A stretch of DNA of 64,000 nucleotides. It comes from a virus. Taxonomy: Duplodnaviria; Caudoviricetes. Below are positions 9,655 to 19,700 of this stretch, piece after piece. Position numbers and translations under genes: made by a program. Within the stretch, counting starts at the first letter, position 1; the number at the start of each line of letters is the position of its first letter. Where the stretch lies: positions 1 to 64,000 of IMG/VR virus record IMGVR_UViG_3300028833_000116. The stretch is one strand, 5' to 3'. The notes below the pieces were generated by a model. That model saw only the letters and a program-made list of their open reading frames with translations. It did no database searches and was not told the origin of the DNA.

Positions 9655-9959
9655 TTGATAGTATTATTCAAACAACATTTGATAGTTTTGACTTTACTTA
9701 TTGTATAATAGTTAATATTCTAACTTATCTAATTATTAAAATAATTGATAATAAAAGAACTCCTCTTACTACTTGGAAAAAGAGATTAGTTCTTGTTAGT
9801 GTAATAGTTGTTATTGGAGTTTTGTATTGGATATTTGGAAGTGAAAGCAAAGTCCTTCTTAATAGTGCTATACTTGCTCCTGTCTTTTGGTCTTGGATTA
9901 TGAAACCTATATGTAAACATTTTAATGTTGATTATAAACAAATAGATATGTTTAAGTAA
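9651..9959 (+). CDS. Small multi-pass membrane protein (holin-like)
   Basis: 102 aa with about three hydrophobic segments. Confidence 0.5.
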   Translation: MIDSIIQTTFDSFDFTYCIIVNILTYLIIKIIDNKRTPLTTWKKRLVLVSVIVVIGVLYWIFGSESKVLLNSAILAPVFWSWIMKPICKHFNVDYKQIDMFK

Positions 9960-9960
9960 A

Positions 9961-10081
9961 CTTAAAATTCTTATAGATTTTAAAATTCAATTACAGGCTG
10001 TCTGATTTTATAGCCTATTAGTTAATCAATAACGAATAGTTATAAGGTCAGACGGCTTAAATTTAGGCAAATAGAAAGTTT
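9961..10081 (+). repeat. Structured ~115-bp dispersed element, copy A
   Basis: Core AGCCTATTAGTTAATCA at 10012; long hairpin at 9995-10058; AAATAGAAAGTTT at +57 from the core. Confidence 0.7.
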
Positions 10082-10128
10082 TTGGACAAGAAATCAAGTA
10101 AAAAAACATCATGGTAAATATTGATATT

Positions 10129-10272
10129 ATGGCTAAGAATAATAATAAAAATAATGCTAGACCAGCACAAAAGAGGATTAAAGATAGAGGTGTAGCTGCA
10201 CCTTCTATTCCTAAAGCTGGTTATACTAAACATCGTAGAAGATTAGAAGATGGAGGCAAAATTACAAAATAG
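10129..10272 (+). CDS. Small basic protein (47 aa, absent from the ORF track)
   Basis: MAKNNNKNNARPAQKRIKDRGVAAPSIPKAGYTKHRRRLEDGGKITK*; typical codon usage; overlaps the next gene. Confidence 0.6.
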   Translation: MAKNNNKNNARPAQKRIKDRGVAAPSIPKAGYTKHRRRLEDGGKITK

Positions 10273-10651
10273 TTTATATAAGATAGAACTTCATTGTATC
10301 AAAATAATTCCTATATTGATTGCAATTAATTCTTTTACTGATACTATTCTTTCATATTGTGGAATAGAAGGAAATATTCTATCTTATATTAATGGTTTAT
10401 TAGTTTGGTTATTCTTATACTTATCTTCATTTGTATTTAAATTTTGTTCTTATCATAGAATGTTTCTATATTATATTCTAGTTATTGGCATTATTAATGT
10501 AATAGACTATGAGATAGGTATTCCTCTTGGATTTAGAGATATGGTTGGTTTACAACTCATTCTTGCAGGTATTTTTATATTTACAACTTTATATCTTTAT
10601 AAACATGATAAGCTCCCCCGTAAAGGAAATTGTGGCAAACCTGCTGATTAA
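10250..10651 (+). CDS. Multi-pass membrane protein
   Basis: 133 aa with about four hydrophobic segments and an FKFCSYHRM motif. Confidence 0.7.
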   Translation: MEAKLQNSLYKIELHCIKIIPILIAINSFTDTILSYCGIEGNILSYINGLLVWLFLYLSSFVFKFCSYHRMFLYYILVIGIINVIDYEIGIPLGFRDMVGLQLILAGIFIFTTLYLYKHDKLPRKGNCGKPAD

Positions 10652-10895
10652 CTACGCTAATAAGATTAAAGATGGAACATCTAATATTACTATAGAAGAA
10701 TGTAGTAATATTCTTTCAGCTATTGCTCACATAGCTATGACAAAACCAGAAGTTTGTGAGTATCTTAATATTAGTAGAAGTACTTTTGATGATTTAGTTC
10801 TTAAAGGTAAACTTCCTAGAGGTAAGAAAGATAAACATCGTAATAATCTTGTTTGGTATAAAGATGAGATTATAAGTGCTATTGATAGTGCATAA
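10605..10895 (+). CDS. Helix-turn-helix (excisionase/AlpA-like) DNA-binding protein
   Basis: MTKPEVCEYLNISRSTFDDLVLKGKLPRGKK...LVWYK. The probable start is ATG 10605 (the ORF track starts at 10527). Confidence 0.75.
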   Translation: MISSPVKEIVANLLINYANKIKDGTSNITIEECSNILSAIAHIAMTKPEVCEYLNISRSTFDDLVLKGKLPRGKKDKHRNNLVWYKDEIISAIDSA

Positions 10896-10937
10896 GTTAC
10901 AGTTCTTCTACGGGGGAGCTTATTTGGTAATCCTTTG

Positions 10938-10978
10938 AGTCGTTAACTGCTTAATAGTTAGCGACTTATTTTATTTTT
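10938..10978 (+). terminator. Rho-independent terminator
   Basis: AGTCGTTAACT-N7-AGTTAGCGACT followed by TATTTTATTTTT. Confidence 0.7.
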
Positions 10979-10987
10979 CGGTAATGC

Positions 10988-11018
10988 TGTGAAAAACATA
11001 CATTTGTTAGTACCTTTG
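10988..11018 (+). promoter_or_regulatory. Bacteroidetes-type sigma promoter
   Basis: -7 box TACCTTTG (TAnnTTTG) at 11011 with TGTG 19 nt upstream; precedes the 319-aa gene. Confidence 0.6.
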
Positions 11019-11085
11019 CAATATCTTTTATAGCTATTAAAGATATAATTAACTTAGTTATTAACAAATTAAAATTCTTAAAACT

Positions 11086-12045
11086 ATGGGTGAAAATGGA
11101 GTTTTTATCTACCCTGACGCAGCTGCAGGACGTGCTGCTTCTAGTATTGACCCTAATCTTCTGCTTGCTCTTCAAAACAATGGTGGTTTTGGTGGTGGCA
11201 ACGGATTCTATTGGATTTTCTTCCTTTGGATGATGTGGGTACAGAATGGTCGTAATGGTAACTTTAATGATTATGTTGCTCAGTTTGGCAATGAAGGTCG
11301 TCAATATCTTGCTGAAATTATGAATGGTAGATTTGATAATCTTAATACTCTCGCTCAGATTGTTAATCAGAGTGTTGAAACAGTTAAGACTGGTATCTTT
11401 ACTATTCAGAACGGTCTTACTGAAATTAGTGGTAATATTGGTATTACTGCTGCTCAGACTCAGAATGCTATTGCTTTAGGTAATGCTGCTCTTGCTAAGC
11501 AGTTATGTGAGTGCTGCTGCGAGAATCGTCTTGCTATTGCTAATCAGACTAATGCTCTGCAATCTACTATGGCTGCTAATCATGCTTCTGCTACTTTACA
11601 GGCTGCTCAGAATCAAGCTGCTACTCAACTTCAGATGGCTCAGATTGAAAGTGCAGACCAGCTTGCAGTATGTCAGCAGACTAATACTCTCGCTACTCAG
11701 GCAGACCGTAACACTAATAGTATTGTGAAAGCTATTGCTGACCAAAATGCTATGATTGTTAAAGAGTTCTGTGACTTGAAGGAACGTGAGATGCAGAATA
11801 AGATTGATAGTCAAGCTAATCTTATTACTCAGCTTCGTGACCAGATTACTACTGACCGTCAGACTCTTCAGTTTAATACTGCTTTCCATGCTCTTGATGA
11901 TAAGATTGATGCTATTGCAGCTAAACAGCCTAACACTGTTCCTGTTGCTTGGCCTAATCTTGTAGGTGTTAACGCTACTCCTTATATAGGTCAGGGTTAT
12001 TATCCTGGAGGTATAGGCTGGGGTGGCAACGGTGTTGTACTTTAA
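11086..12045 (+). CDS. Gly-rich/hydrophobic-tip, Gln/Asn/Ala coiled-coil protein with a CECCCE cluster; function unknown
   Basis: 319 aa: GGFGGGNGFYWIFFLWMMW, a long heptad region and LCECCCENR. Codon bias suggests high expression. Confidence 0.8.
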   Translation: MGENGVFIYPDAAAGRAASSIDPNLLLALQNNGGFGGGNGFYWIFFLWMMWVQNGRNGNFNDYVAQFGNEGRQYLAEIMNGRFDNLNTLAQIVNQSVETVKTGIFTIQNGLTEISGNIGITAAQTQNAIALGNAALAKQLCECCCENRLAIANQTNALQSTMAANHASATLQAAQNQAATQLQMAQIESADQLAVCQQTNTLATQADRNTNSIVKAIADQNAMIVKEFCDLKEREMQNKIDSQANLITQLRDQITTDRQTLQFNTAFHALDDKIDAIAAKQPNTVPVAWPNLVGVNATPYIGQGYYPGGIGWGGNGVVL

Positions 12046-12066
12046 ATATGGATAGGAGGTAAACGT

Positions 12067-12405
12067 ATGAATTGCTGCAATCAAATAATAGCAACTAATG
12101 CAGGTGGTATTCCATATATTCAGTCTACAAATACTATTATAGGCACAGAAAGTGTTAATATAGCATTAGGTAATCGTTGTCTTAAAGCAGCAGGATATAT
12201 TACTGTTATTATAACTAATCCTATTCCTGTTGATGCAACTGGAACCCTTCCTGTTAATTTAACTCTGAATGATGTTACTAAACCTTTGATGTTACCAAAT
12301 GGTACTCCAGTAACTGCTGCTGAGTTACTAAATGTAACTAATATTCTTATCTTTAATGATAGAACTAAAGGGTTGCTTACATTAATGTCTAGAACTGTGG
12401 ATTAA
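12067..12405 (+). CDS. Hypothetical beta-rich protein
   Basis: 112 aa starting MNCCN, preceded by GGAGG. Confidence 0.75.
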   Translation: MNCCNQIIATNAGGIPYIQSTNTIIGTESVNIALGNRCLKAAGYITVIITNPIPVDATGTLPVNLTLNDVTKPLMLPNGTPVTAAELLNVTNILIFNDRTKGLLTLMSRTVD

Positions 12406-12429
12406 TAATAACTTTAAAAATTAACAATT

Positions 12430-12927
12430 ATGTTTTCAAATTTAAGTAAAGGTAATGTTCTGTATGGACTTGACAGAAGAGATAAAATAAAGATTTTTAC
12501 AGGTTCTGTAGAAAAAGTTACGCCAACATATGGCAAAGTTCAAAACAATATGTTTGGACAATTTCCAGAATTAAGACTTGACATTATTGCTACAGTTAAT
12601 GGTGAACAAAAAGAATTCAAACAAGTGCCCAGTAATAGTGCTATTGCTGATTTTGGAGATAAAACGTTTATCATAGCTGACAATAAAGATTCTCTTTACA
12701 ATGGTATTAAGGAACTTCTTAAAACAAGTGAAAACATTGTAGAAAGTGCTCCTTATCATGAAACTCTTATTCCCCAGTATAAAGCTGCTATGAATGAGCT
12801 TATGCCTGGTAGTGCAAATAGTGCTGATGAGGTTAAAGCTTTAAAAGATGAAGTAGGAAGTCTTAAAGCGCAACTTGCAGAAGCAATATCTTTACTTAAA
12901 GCTGGAAATAATAAATCAACAAATTAA
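12430..12927 (+). CDS. Hypothetical protein with a C-terminal coiled coil
   Basis: 165-aa ORF starting MFSNLSKGNVLY. Confidence 0.75.
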   Translation: MFSNLSKGNVLYGLDRRDKIKIFTGSVEKVTPTYGKVQNNMFGQFPELRLDIIATVNGEQKEFKQVPSNSAIADFGDKTFIIADNKDSLYNGIKELLKTSENIVESAPYHETLIPQYKAAMNELMPGSANSADEVKALKDEVGSLKAQLAEAISLLKAGNNKSTN

Positions 12928-12930
12928 ATT

Positions 12931-13158
12931 ATGCTTGTAGTTAGATTTCGTAGTACTTCTGAAGCAAAAGACATGCTGAAGAAAGTTAAAAAGATGTATA
13001 AGTTCTCTAAAGAACTTAAAGAATGTCTTGAAGATAAAGTAGAGGATGAATACGATGAAGAAGATTATCGCTATGACGAAGAAGAGGATGAAGATATGGA
13101 AAAGCCTCATCATCGTGGTATGAATGGTACTTATCGTCGTTATCGTAGAAGTATGTAA
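12931..13158 (+). CDS. Small acidic/basic protein
   Basis: 75 aa with an acidic run followed by an Arg-rich tail. Confidence 0.7.
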   Translation: MLVVRFRSTSEAKDMLKKVKKMYKFSKELKECLEDKVEDEYDEEDYRYDEEEDEDMEKPHHRGMNGTYRRYRRSM

Positions 13159-13165
13159 TTAACTT

Positions 13166-13194
13166 GAGGGTGGTAGTCTTAGATTACTGCCCTC
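13166..13194 (+). terminator. Intergenic hairpin
   Basis: GAGGGTGGTAGTC-TTA-GATTACTGCCCTC. Confidence 0.55.
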
Positions 13195-13210
13195 TTAAAC
13201 TAATAAAGCT

Positions 13211-13633
13211 ATGCATAGTAGAGAAAATTTTACAGCTTACGAAGTAATGCCTGAAGATTTAGCAATTTATCTTAGTCATAATGGTCCTCACTTCAATAAG
13301 AAAGCTTGTATGTTTGCCGTTAGTCAAATGTATAAAGTTGATAATGAAGGAGAAGAAGAAGATATTACTCCTATAAGTAAGAAAGAAATAGATGAAATAC
13401 TTGCTACTTACGGCATTAAAATAAAGAATAATAAACTTTATGATGCTACTTATTTAGCAAATATGGTAAAAGCTGATTATTTAGGAAATAGTATTCCTTC
13501 TGAAGATTATATGGCTAGATGGATTAAAGATACTCTTGATGACCCTGATGGTTGTGAAGGTCTTACATTTAATCGTTGGATTGCTGATATGAAATGGCTT
13601 GGTATTCCTATTCCTTGGGATGAATTTTTATGA
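13211..13633 (+). CDS. Conserved hypothetical phage protein (YLSHNGPHFNKK...D.D family)
   Basis: 140-aa ORF; ATGA overlap with the next gene. Confidence 0.75.
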   Translation: MHSRENFTAYEVMPEDLAIYLSHNGPHFNKKACMFAVSQMYKVDNEGEEEDITPISKKEIDEILATYGIKIKNNKLYDATYLANMVKADYLGNSIPSEDYMARWIKDTLDDPDGCEGLTFNRWIADMKWLGIPIPWDEFL

Positions 13634-14028
13634 TTAGGAAAGTTATTAATATAGATAATTATTGGAAGGTTATAGTTTATTATAATATAAATTATAACCT
13701 TTTTAGTTATATAGCTGAAGATTTACTTGCTATAAACTCCCCCGTAGAGAGAATTGATGCTATTTACTTTAACTTGCGTTATAAAGCTAAAGCTGTTACT
13801 GTAAGTTCTTTTAAATATAGAACTTCTATTGTAGCTTTTAATATACATAAAACATTTAATGATTATCTTAATTCTATTGTTCATGAAGCTGAACACGTTA
13901 AACAAGCTATGCTTAAATATTATAGAATTAAAGATAAAGGAGAGCCTCCAGCTTACACAATAGGATATTTAGCCATGAAGATGTTAGGGATAAAGGTGAT
14001 GAAAAACCTTAAATATAAAAAATCTTAA
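13630..14028 (+). CDS. Putative HExxH metallopeptidase-like protein
   Basis: NSIVHEAEHVK...GEPPAYTIGYL. Confidence 0.6.
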   Translation: MIRKVINIDNYWKVIVYYNINYNLFSYIAEDLLAINSPVERIDAIYFNLRYKAKAVTVSSFKYRTSIVAFNIHKTFNDYLNSIVHEAEHVKQAMLKYYRIKDKGEPPAYTIGYLAMKMLGIKVMKNLKYKKS

Positions 14029-14040
14029 TTGTTAGCAAAG

Positions 14041-14108
14041 TTTAACATTAGATGTTTGAAAATGTCCAAAAAAAATCATATCTTTGCAACGTTACTTATA
14101 GTAACGTT
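14041..14108 (+). promoter_or_regulatory. Bacteroidetes-type promoter with upstream TTTAAC and a downstream palindrome
   Basis: TTTG at 14055, 20-nt spacer, TATCTTTG at 14079; palindrome AACGTTACT-TAT-AGTAACGTT at 14088-14108. Confidence 0.75.
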
Positions 14109-14121
14109 AAAGATAATGCTG

Positions 14122-14300
14122 CTAATATTATTTATAATATTATAAATATTATAAATAATTAAACAAATAAAAATAATAATATATATAATTATATTATAAA
14201 TAATAAAATAAATAATTATAATAATAAAATAAATAATATTAAATATAAATATTAAAATAATATAAATAACAACTCCCTTATAGATAATATTATAAAATTT
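14122..14300. other. Extremely AT-rich low-complexity non-coding tract
   Basis: Almost only A/T with AATATTATAAA-like repeats; no ORF. Confidence 0.85.
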
Positions 14301-14377
14301 AGAAATCTGCCAAATACTTATACTAAGTTTCTTCTATAGGGGAGCTTTTAAAAGATATTAACGATAATACTTATTAT

Positions 14378-15058
14378 ATGGCTAGTCTTGCTCAATTAAT
14401 TAGTGAAATGGCTCATTCTGTAAGGCAAGTTAATAACAAAGCTCTTAGAGAAAATCTAAGATTACTTATTATTCAGACTAGGAATGAAGTTATTCGACGC
14501 TCTTACGAAAATCATGGTTATACTGATAAGTTTTTAACTCAACGTTTTAGAGTTAGTCTTACTGCAGTAAACGATGGTGATATTAATCTTCCAGAAGGAT
14601 ATGAAGATATAGGCATTGAGAAAATAAAAAGAACTACTCAGAAAGTTCCACGACCTGTTAGACTTACAAATAATCTACCTTTTGATAGAGTAAGTTCGGC
14701 AGGTTATCGTAGTAATAGAGAGTTTCCTTTTATTAAAGAAACTTCTGCTAGGTTTAGGAGTGCTGTTCCTGGTTTATGTGCAATGCCATGTTATGATTAT
14801 ATTAACGAATATATTTATTTATTTCCTGCTGAAGGTAAATCTTTTGACATTAATTCTATAATTATCGAATCTGCTTTTGAGCATCCTAATGAAATTCATG
14901 AGATTAATGGAGAAGCAAAAGATACAATGTGGCTTGATGAAAATGAATATCTTCTTAGTGAGGATATGATTGGTCAAATAAAAGAGATTATTTATAAACG
15001 TGATTTATTGAATAATGTTAGAGAAACTGATGAGGTTCCTAATGTTGTTAAATTCTAA
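14378..15058 (+). CDS. Virion ring/tail structural protein
   Basis: 226 aa; position in the crAss tail module. Confidence 0.55.
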   Translation: MASLAQLISEMAHSVRQVNNKALRENLRLLIIQTRNEVIRRSYENHGYTDKFLTQRFRVSLTAVNDGDINLPEGYEDIGIEKIKRTTQKVPRPVRLTNNLPFDRVSSAGYRSNREFPFIKETSARFRSAVPGLCAMPCYDYINEYIYLFPAEGKSFDINSIIIESAFEHPNEIHEINGEAKDTMWLDENEYLLSEDMIGQIKEIIYKRDLLNNVRETDEVPNVVKF

Positions 15059-15064
15059 ACTGTT

Positions 15065-16015
15065 ATGGCTATAAAAGAAATTCCAACTAACTTCAGGGTT
15101 TATTACACAGCTATGCGTGCAGCTATAAAGCCTAAATACGAAGGTACAGTTGTAAAATATGAAAATCTTCTTAAAGAAGAGAAAGCTCTTCATAGTGAAG
15201 TTATTCTTCGTAGGGATGATTATCTTAAGAATTATAAGTTTGATTTTAAAGATTATCCTGAGATTCTTAACAATGAATATCAAGATGGAACGTTTTATGA
15301 CCATGCTAAAGGTCTGTTCTTAAATAAAAAAGATAATTATAAAGCAACAAGTTCTCTTTATAGACTTTATAAGTTAGCTAGATTGCAAAAAGAACTTTAT
15401 ACTTTAAAACATCAACTTCATATATGGGAAGTGATGCTTGACCTTAAACTTAATCAATACAGAGATATACTTGAAAATTATTATAATGAGGTTATTAAGA
15501 AACTTATTATTGATGGTTACGGTTATGTTTTTGGTGAAGGTATAGGATGGACTTGCATAAATAGATGTAAAATTGTTCAAGGTAAAAGAAAGATGTTAGA
15601 CTTTAAAGCTACTAACAAAAATAAAGAAAAATTATTAGCTGAAGGTAAACGTCTTTGGAATAAAGAAGAAGCTAACTATGCTGCAAAACTAGGACTTCCT
15701 TATTATGGTGTAGATTATAGAGTTTATAAAGATGATGAATATTGCTATGAATTTCCTCTTATACATAATAGAACTAATGCAGGAGAAAAATTAAGACTTG
15801 AGATAACTGATAGTCATAGAGGTGTTGCTGGTAAAACAGAAGAACAAATTTTAGAAGAATGTAATTATGATAAAGCTAAAATCTGCGAATTAAAATTAAA
15901 TCCTAGAAATAAACTTTATCTTTGTCTTAAAGCTGATAATATTTTATACTTAAATTTTATAAGAAATGAAGGTCAACAAACATATCACACTCCAAAGGCT
16001 AATAGGAAAAATTGA
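15065..16015 (+). CDS. Basic protein, possibly an IHF/HU-like DNA-binding protein of the crAss tail module
   Basis: Lys-rich, with NEVIKKLIIDGYGYVFGEGIGWTCINR resembling an HU/IHF core. It lies just before the tail tubular gene, as in other crAss-like phages. Confidence 0.45.
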   Translation: MAIKEIPTNFRVYYTAMRAAIKPKYEGTVVKYENLLKEEKALHSEVILRRDDYLKNYKFDFKDYPEILNNEYQDGTFYDHAKGLFLNKKDNYKATSSLYRLYKLARLQKELYTLKHQLHIWEVMLDLKLNQYRDILENYYNEVIKKLIIDGYGYVFGEGIGWTCINRCKIVQGKRKMLDFKATNKNKEKLLAEGKRLWNKEEANYAAKLGLPYYGVDYRVYKDDEYCYEFPLIHNRTNAGEKLRLEITDSHRGVAGKTEEQILEECNYDKAKICELKLNPRNKLYLCLKADNILYLNFIRNEGQQTYHTPKANRKN

Positions 16016-16712
16016 TAATGATTTTAATATTAGTGAAAGTGATTGGATTCCAAGAGTTGCTGCATGGACTATAGATGCACTTTCTCAAATGAAAGTTCTT
16101 CCTATGGAAAAGAAAAGAAGAACTCTTGAAGTATCTAATAGAATTGCAATTTTTCCTTGTACCATTACCTCAGATGAACTTAAAGTTTATGATGGTAATG
16201 GTATTGAAATACCTAGTTATTCTTCTGAAAAGCAATGTGGCTGTAATAAATCCAACATTTCTTCTACGGGGGAGGTAATTGGCATTACAGATTCTTCTGT
16301 TAGAAATGGTTGGGAAACTGTACAAGTTGCTAATGTTGTAAGTCCTAATGGAAGAAATTTTGTACTAGATGGAAATAAAATAGAACTTAATTTCGATACA
16401 GATAAGATTGAAGTTGAGAGTTTTGAAGTAGCTACTTATTATGATGAATATTATGACTGTGAATGTCCTTATATTTATGATGATGGTTTGTTGTTAGAAG
16501 CTCTCGAATGGTATTGTTTATTTAAGTATTTAAGTAGAGGTAGTAAGCATCCTGTTTATGATTTAAAATCTCCTAGTCCTATTGTTAATCCGTGGATTCA
16601 ATGGAATACTCTAAGACCTAAAGCTGCAGCATCAGTTAAAGGAAGTCTTTTAACTGATAATGATGGTTGGAATAATTTCTTTTATAATAGTACATTTTTA
16701 CCTCGTAGTTAA
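15966..16712 (+). CDS. Tail tubular/ring protein
   Basis: 248 aa, immediately upstream of the tail stabilisation gene. Confidence 0.55.
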   Translation: MKVNKHITLQRLIGKIDNDFNISESDWIPRVAAWTIDALSQMKVLPMEKKRRTLEVSNRIAIFPCTITSDELKVYDGNGIEIPSYSSEKQCGCNKSNISSTGEVIGITDSSVRNGWETVQVANVVSPNGRNFVLDGNKIELNFDTDKIEVESFEVATYYDEYYDCECPYIYDDGLLLEALEWYCLFKYLSRGSKHPVYDLKSPSPIVNPWIQWNTLRPKAAASVKGSLLTDNDGWNNFFYNSTFLPRS

Positions 16713-16715
16713 GAT

Positions 16716-19700
16716 ATGGATATAGTTAAAGAATTAAATTTAAATAGGAATCCTAAAGCTGTTTCAAACGGTAGTTTAGTCTGTGCTAAGAATATAAAGC
16801 TTAGTGCAGACGGTTCTTTTATTACTAATGATGACGGTTTTTCTTCAGCTATAGTAACTGCTGAAAGTGTAGATGAACTTAAAATAAGTAATGTAACTCT
16901 TCCTGAGGAACCTATAACAGTATTATATGGTAGTATTGTTGGATATATTAATATGCCTAATGAAATAGTTATATTTTGTTATACTTTTACAGAGGCTCCT
17001 AGATATAATTACATATATAGATTAATAGAACGTAAAGATGGTACTGGTGTTGTTGTTATTCCAGTAAATTCTTCTTGGAGATACACAATTAATTCTACTA
17101 TAATAGGTACAGGCTATTATAATTCTAATAATGAATTAATAATAGCTGTTGCTGAAAATGTAGATGATGTAGAAATACCACTTAAAGTTATAAATCTTAA
17201 TACTTGTGATGGTTCTGATAACCCTACTTCATATACAATAAATCCCGATGTTCCTATAGCTAATTTAATGTATATAGGTAGAGAATATGGTGGTACTATT
17301 CCTAATGGAACTTATAATTTTTTTATTAGATATAAAATATCTGAAGATAATTATACTAATTGGTTTCCTATAGGAAGAACTTATCATGCAACAAATCCTA
17401 AAGAAACTATAATAGTTTCTACAGGACAAGTTATATATAAGAATACTAGGAAAGAAAAAACTATTATTAAATTTCCTGTAGGAAATGATGATGATTGTAA
17501 TTATAATCCTATGTTTGAAATAAATTTTGATAGTTACTTTTTTTATAAAGAATTTCAAATAGGATATATTATTCAACATGATGGAAGTTTAGTTGGAAGA
17601 ATTTGGAAAAATTTTAATATTTCTACAAATAAATTTGCATTTGACGCTAAATATATAAAAGAAGAGAATATTACGAATTTTGTTAAAAATGTTTTCGGTT
17701 TATACAATGTAAAATCTCTTACTTCTTTTAAAAATAAATTATATTTGGCTAATTATAAAGAAACTGATTATAATGATGATATAGATGAAAACATAGTAAA
17801 TGCTATAGAACCTTATTATAAAATAGTACCTAGTAATATAAATGAAAACAGAGAAATTTCTTCAAATACTAAACGATATACTTTTTCTTGTAAAAATGAA
17901 ACATATACAATAGATAATTATAGTAATGAACAATTAACGTTATACAATGTATTGTCAGATGCTAACTTGTTTAGGTTGTTTTTTCTTAATGCAATGAATC
18001 TTGGTTTACCAGCATTCAATGCTGATGATTTGTATATAAAAGATAATGGAACTTATTATAAAATAGATAAATGGATAATAATAAATAACAATAGTACAGC
18101 TTTAGCTAATGTACAAATTCAAAGATTAGACCAATATGGCAGTCCTATAGGCAGTCCTAAAGGTACTTGGACATTTGGTGTAAAAAATGGAACTAATTAT
18201 ACCGACTTAGAGTATACTACAGCTGCTCCAAAAAGAACAGTTAAAGTAAAAGTTGAAACATTAATTCCAGAAGTTTATAAAGCAGCTCAAGCATTAAGTC
18301 TTGATGAAGGAGAAGTTTATTCTTTTTATGTTCATTATGTTAGAAGAGATGGTAGCTATACAAACGGTTATCCTATATATTTACAAAATGATAAAAGTTT
18401 AGGAGAAGCTATAGAAACTCCAGGACAACACGATTCTAGTCCTACTAATAACCTTTATAGATATTATAAATATAAAACAGAAAGTTCTAATGATAAATAT
18501 ATTTGTAGAACTGGGTATACAAGTGATTCGGTTACTGATGTTGTAAATGTTTTATATCCTGTATTCACAAATATTCAAATTCCTAATGGTTATGTTGGTG
18601 TTTTTTTCTCTTATGAAAAAGTTGAACCTAGAAAACTATTTAGTGGAATAATAAATTATGTTGGACAATATCCAAATGTAAGTCCTACTTCTTATTATTA
18701 CAAAATACATGCTTTAGGTCCAGAACTAGGACTTAGTGATTATAAATGTGATAAAATAAGATATAATAATAGTTTTTATAATGTTGTCGATTCAGAAATA
18801 AAAATATCTAATAATTATGATGATAATGTTTTTGCTTCAACATTAGGAAAAGAAGGAGGAATCTTTATAACTTTAGAAAGTGATTTAGGAATAACAAAGG
18901 CTAATAATTATGATAAAGCAACTTCTATAATAAATAATGTTGTTGGATATAACAAAAATAATAATATCTATAACAAAAAAGACAAAGAATTAATATCTTT
19001 AGGACATATTATAACAAAAATTGGAGATGCTCCTTTAACATATGATTCTACACAATACGATTGTAATCTTCCGAATTATATTCAAAAAGAATACAAAGTA
19101 ATTGTAAATCCTAAATTTTCAGCATTTGAAACTATTAATATTCCTTATCTAGGTATTATAATTATAGATTCTAGCGATTATATAGAAATATATTTAACAG
19201 GTGGCGATGGAACAGAAACTACTTTAGATTATAGAGAAGCTAAAGATAATAATAATCCTAAATATCCATTTCCTTACTATATAGCTTGTAGTTTTTATAA
19301 TAACTCTAGATATGATTTTAATGCTATAATTTACAAGGAAGCACCTCAACTTATAAAGACAGTAAAAGAAGGTATTACTACTGTAGTAAAACCTGATAAT
19401 CTTAGTGATTTATTCCAATATAAAAATTCTTTTAATAACAATCCTGTTAAAATATATTCTGAATATAATGATAGCAGATTAAATAATTATATAGTCACAA
19501 ATGTTATAAGAAGAAGTTATTCTTATAGAAGTGAGGGTATAGATTTACCTTGGAAACATTTTGATTCTGAAGATTATAAAGTTCTCGATTTTAAATACGG
19601 TCCTATAGTTAATTTGTTAGGTATAGGAAATAATTTATTTATTCATACCACAAATACTTTATGTTATATTACATCTGATGCTAAACTTCAAGCAGATAAT

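Noticed and set aside
9961-10081. Hairpin elements as integron attC or Xer dif sites
   Set aside because: They lack RYYYAAC/GTTRRRY ends and the 11-6-11 dif layout, do not flank single-gene cassettes, and no integrase is present in the window.
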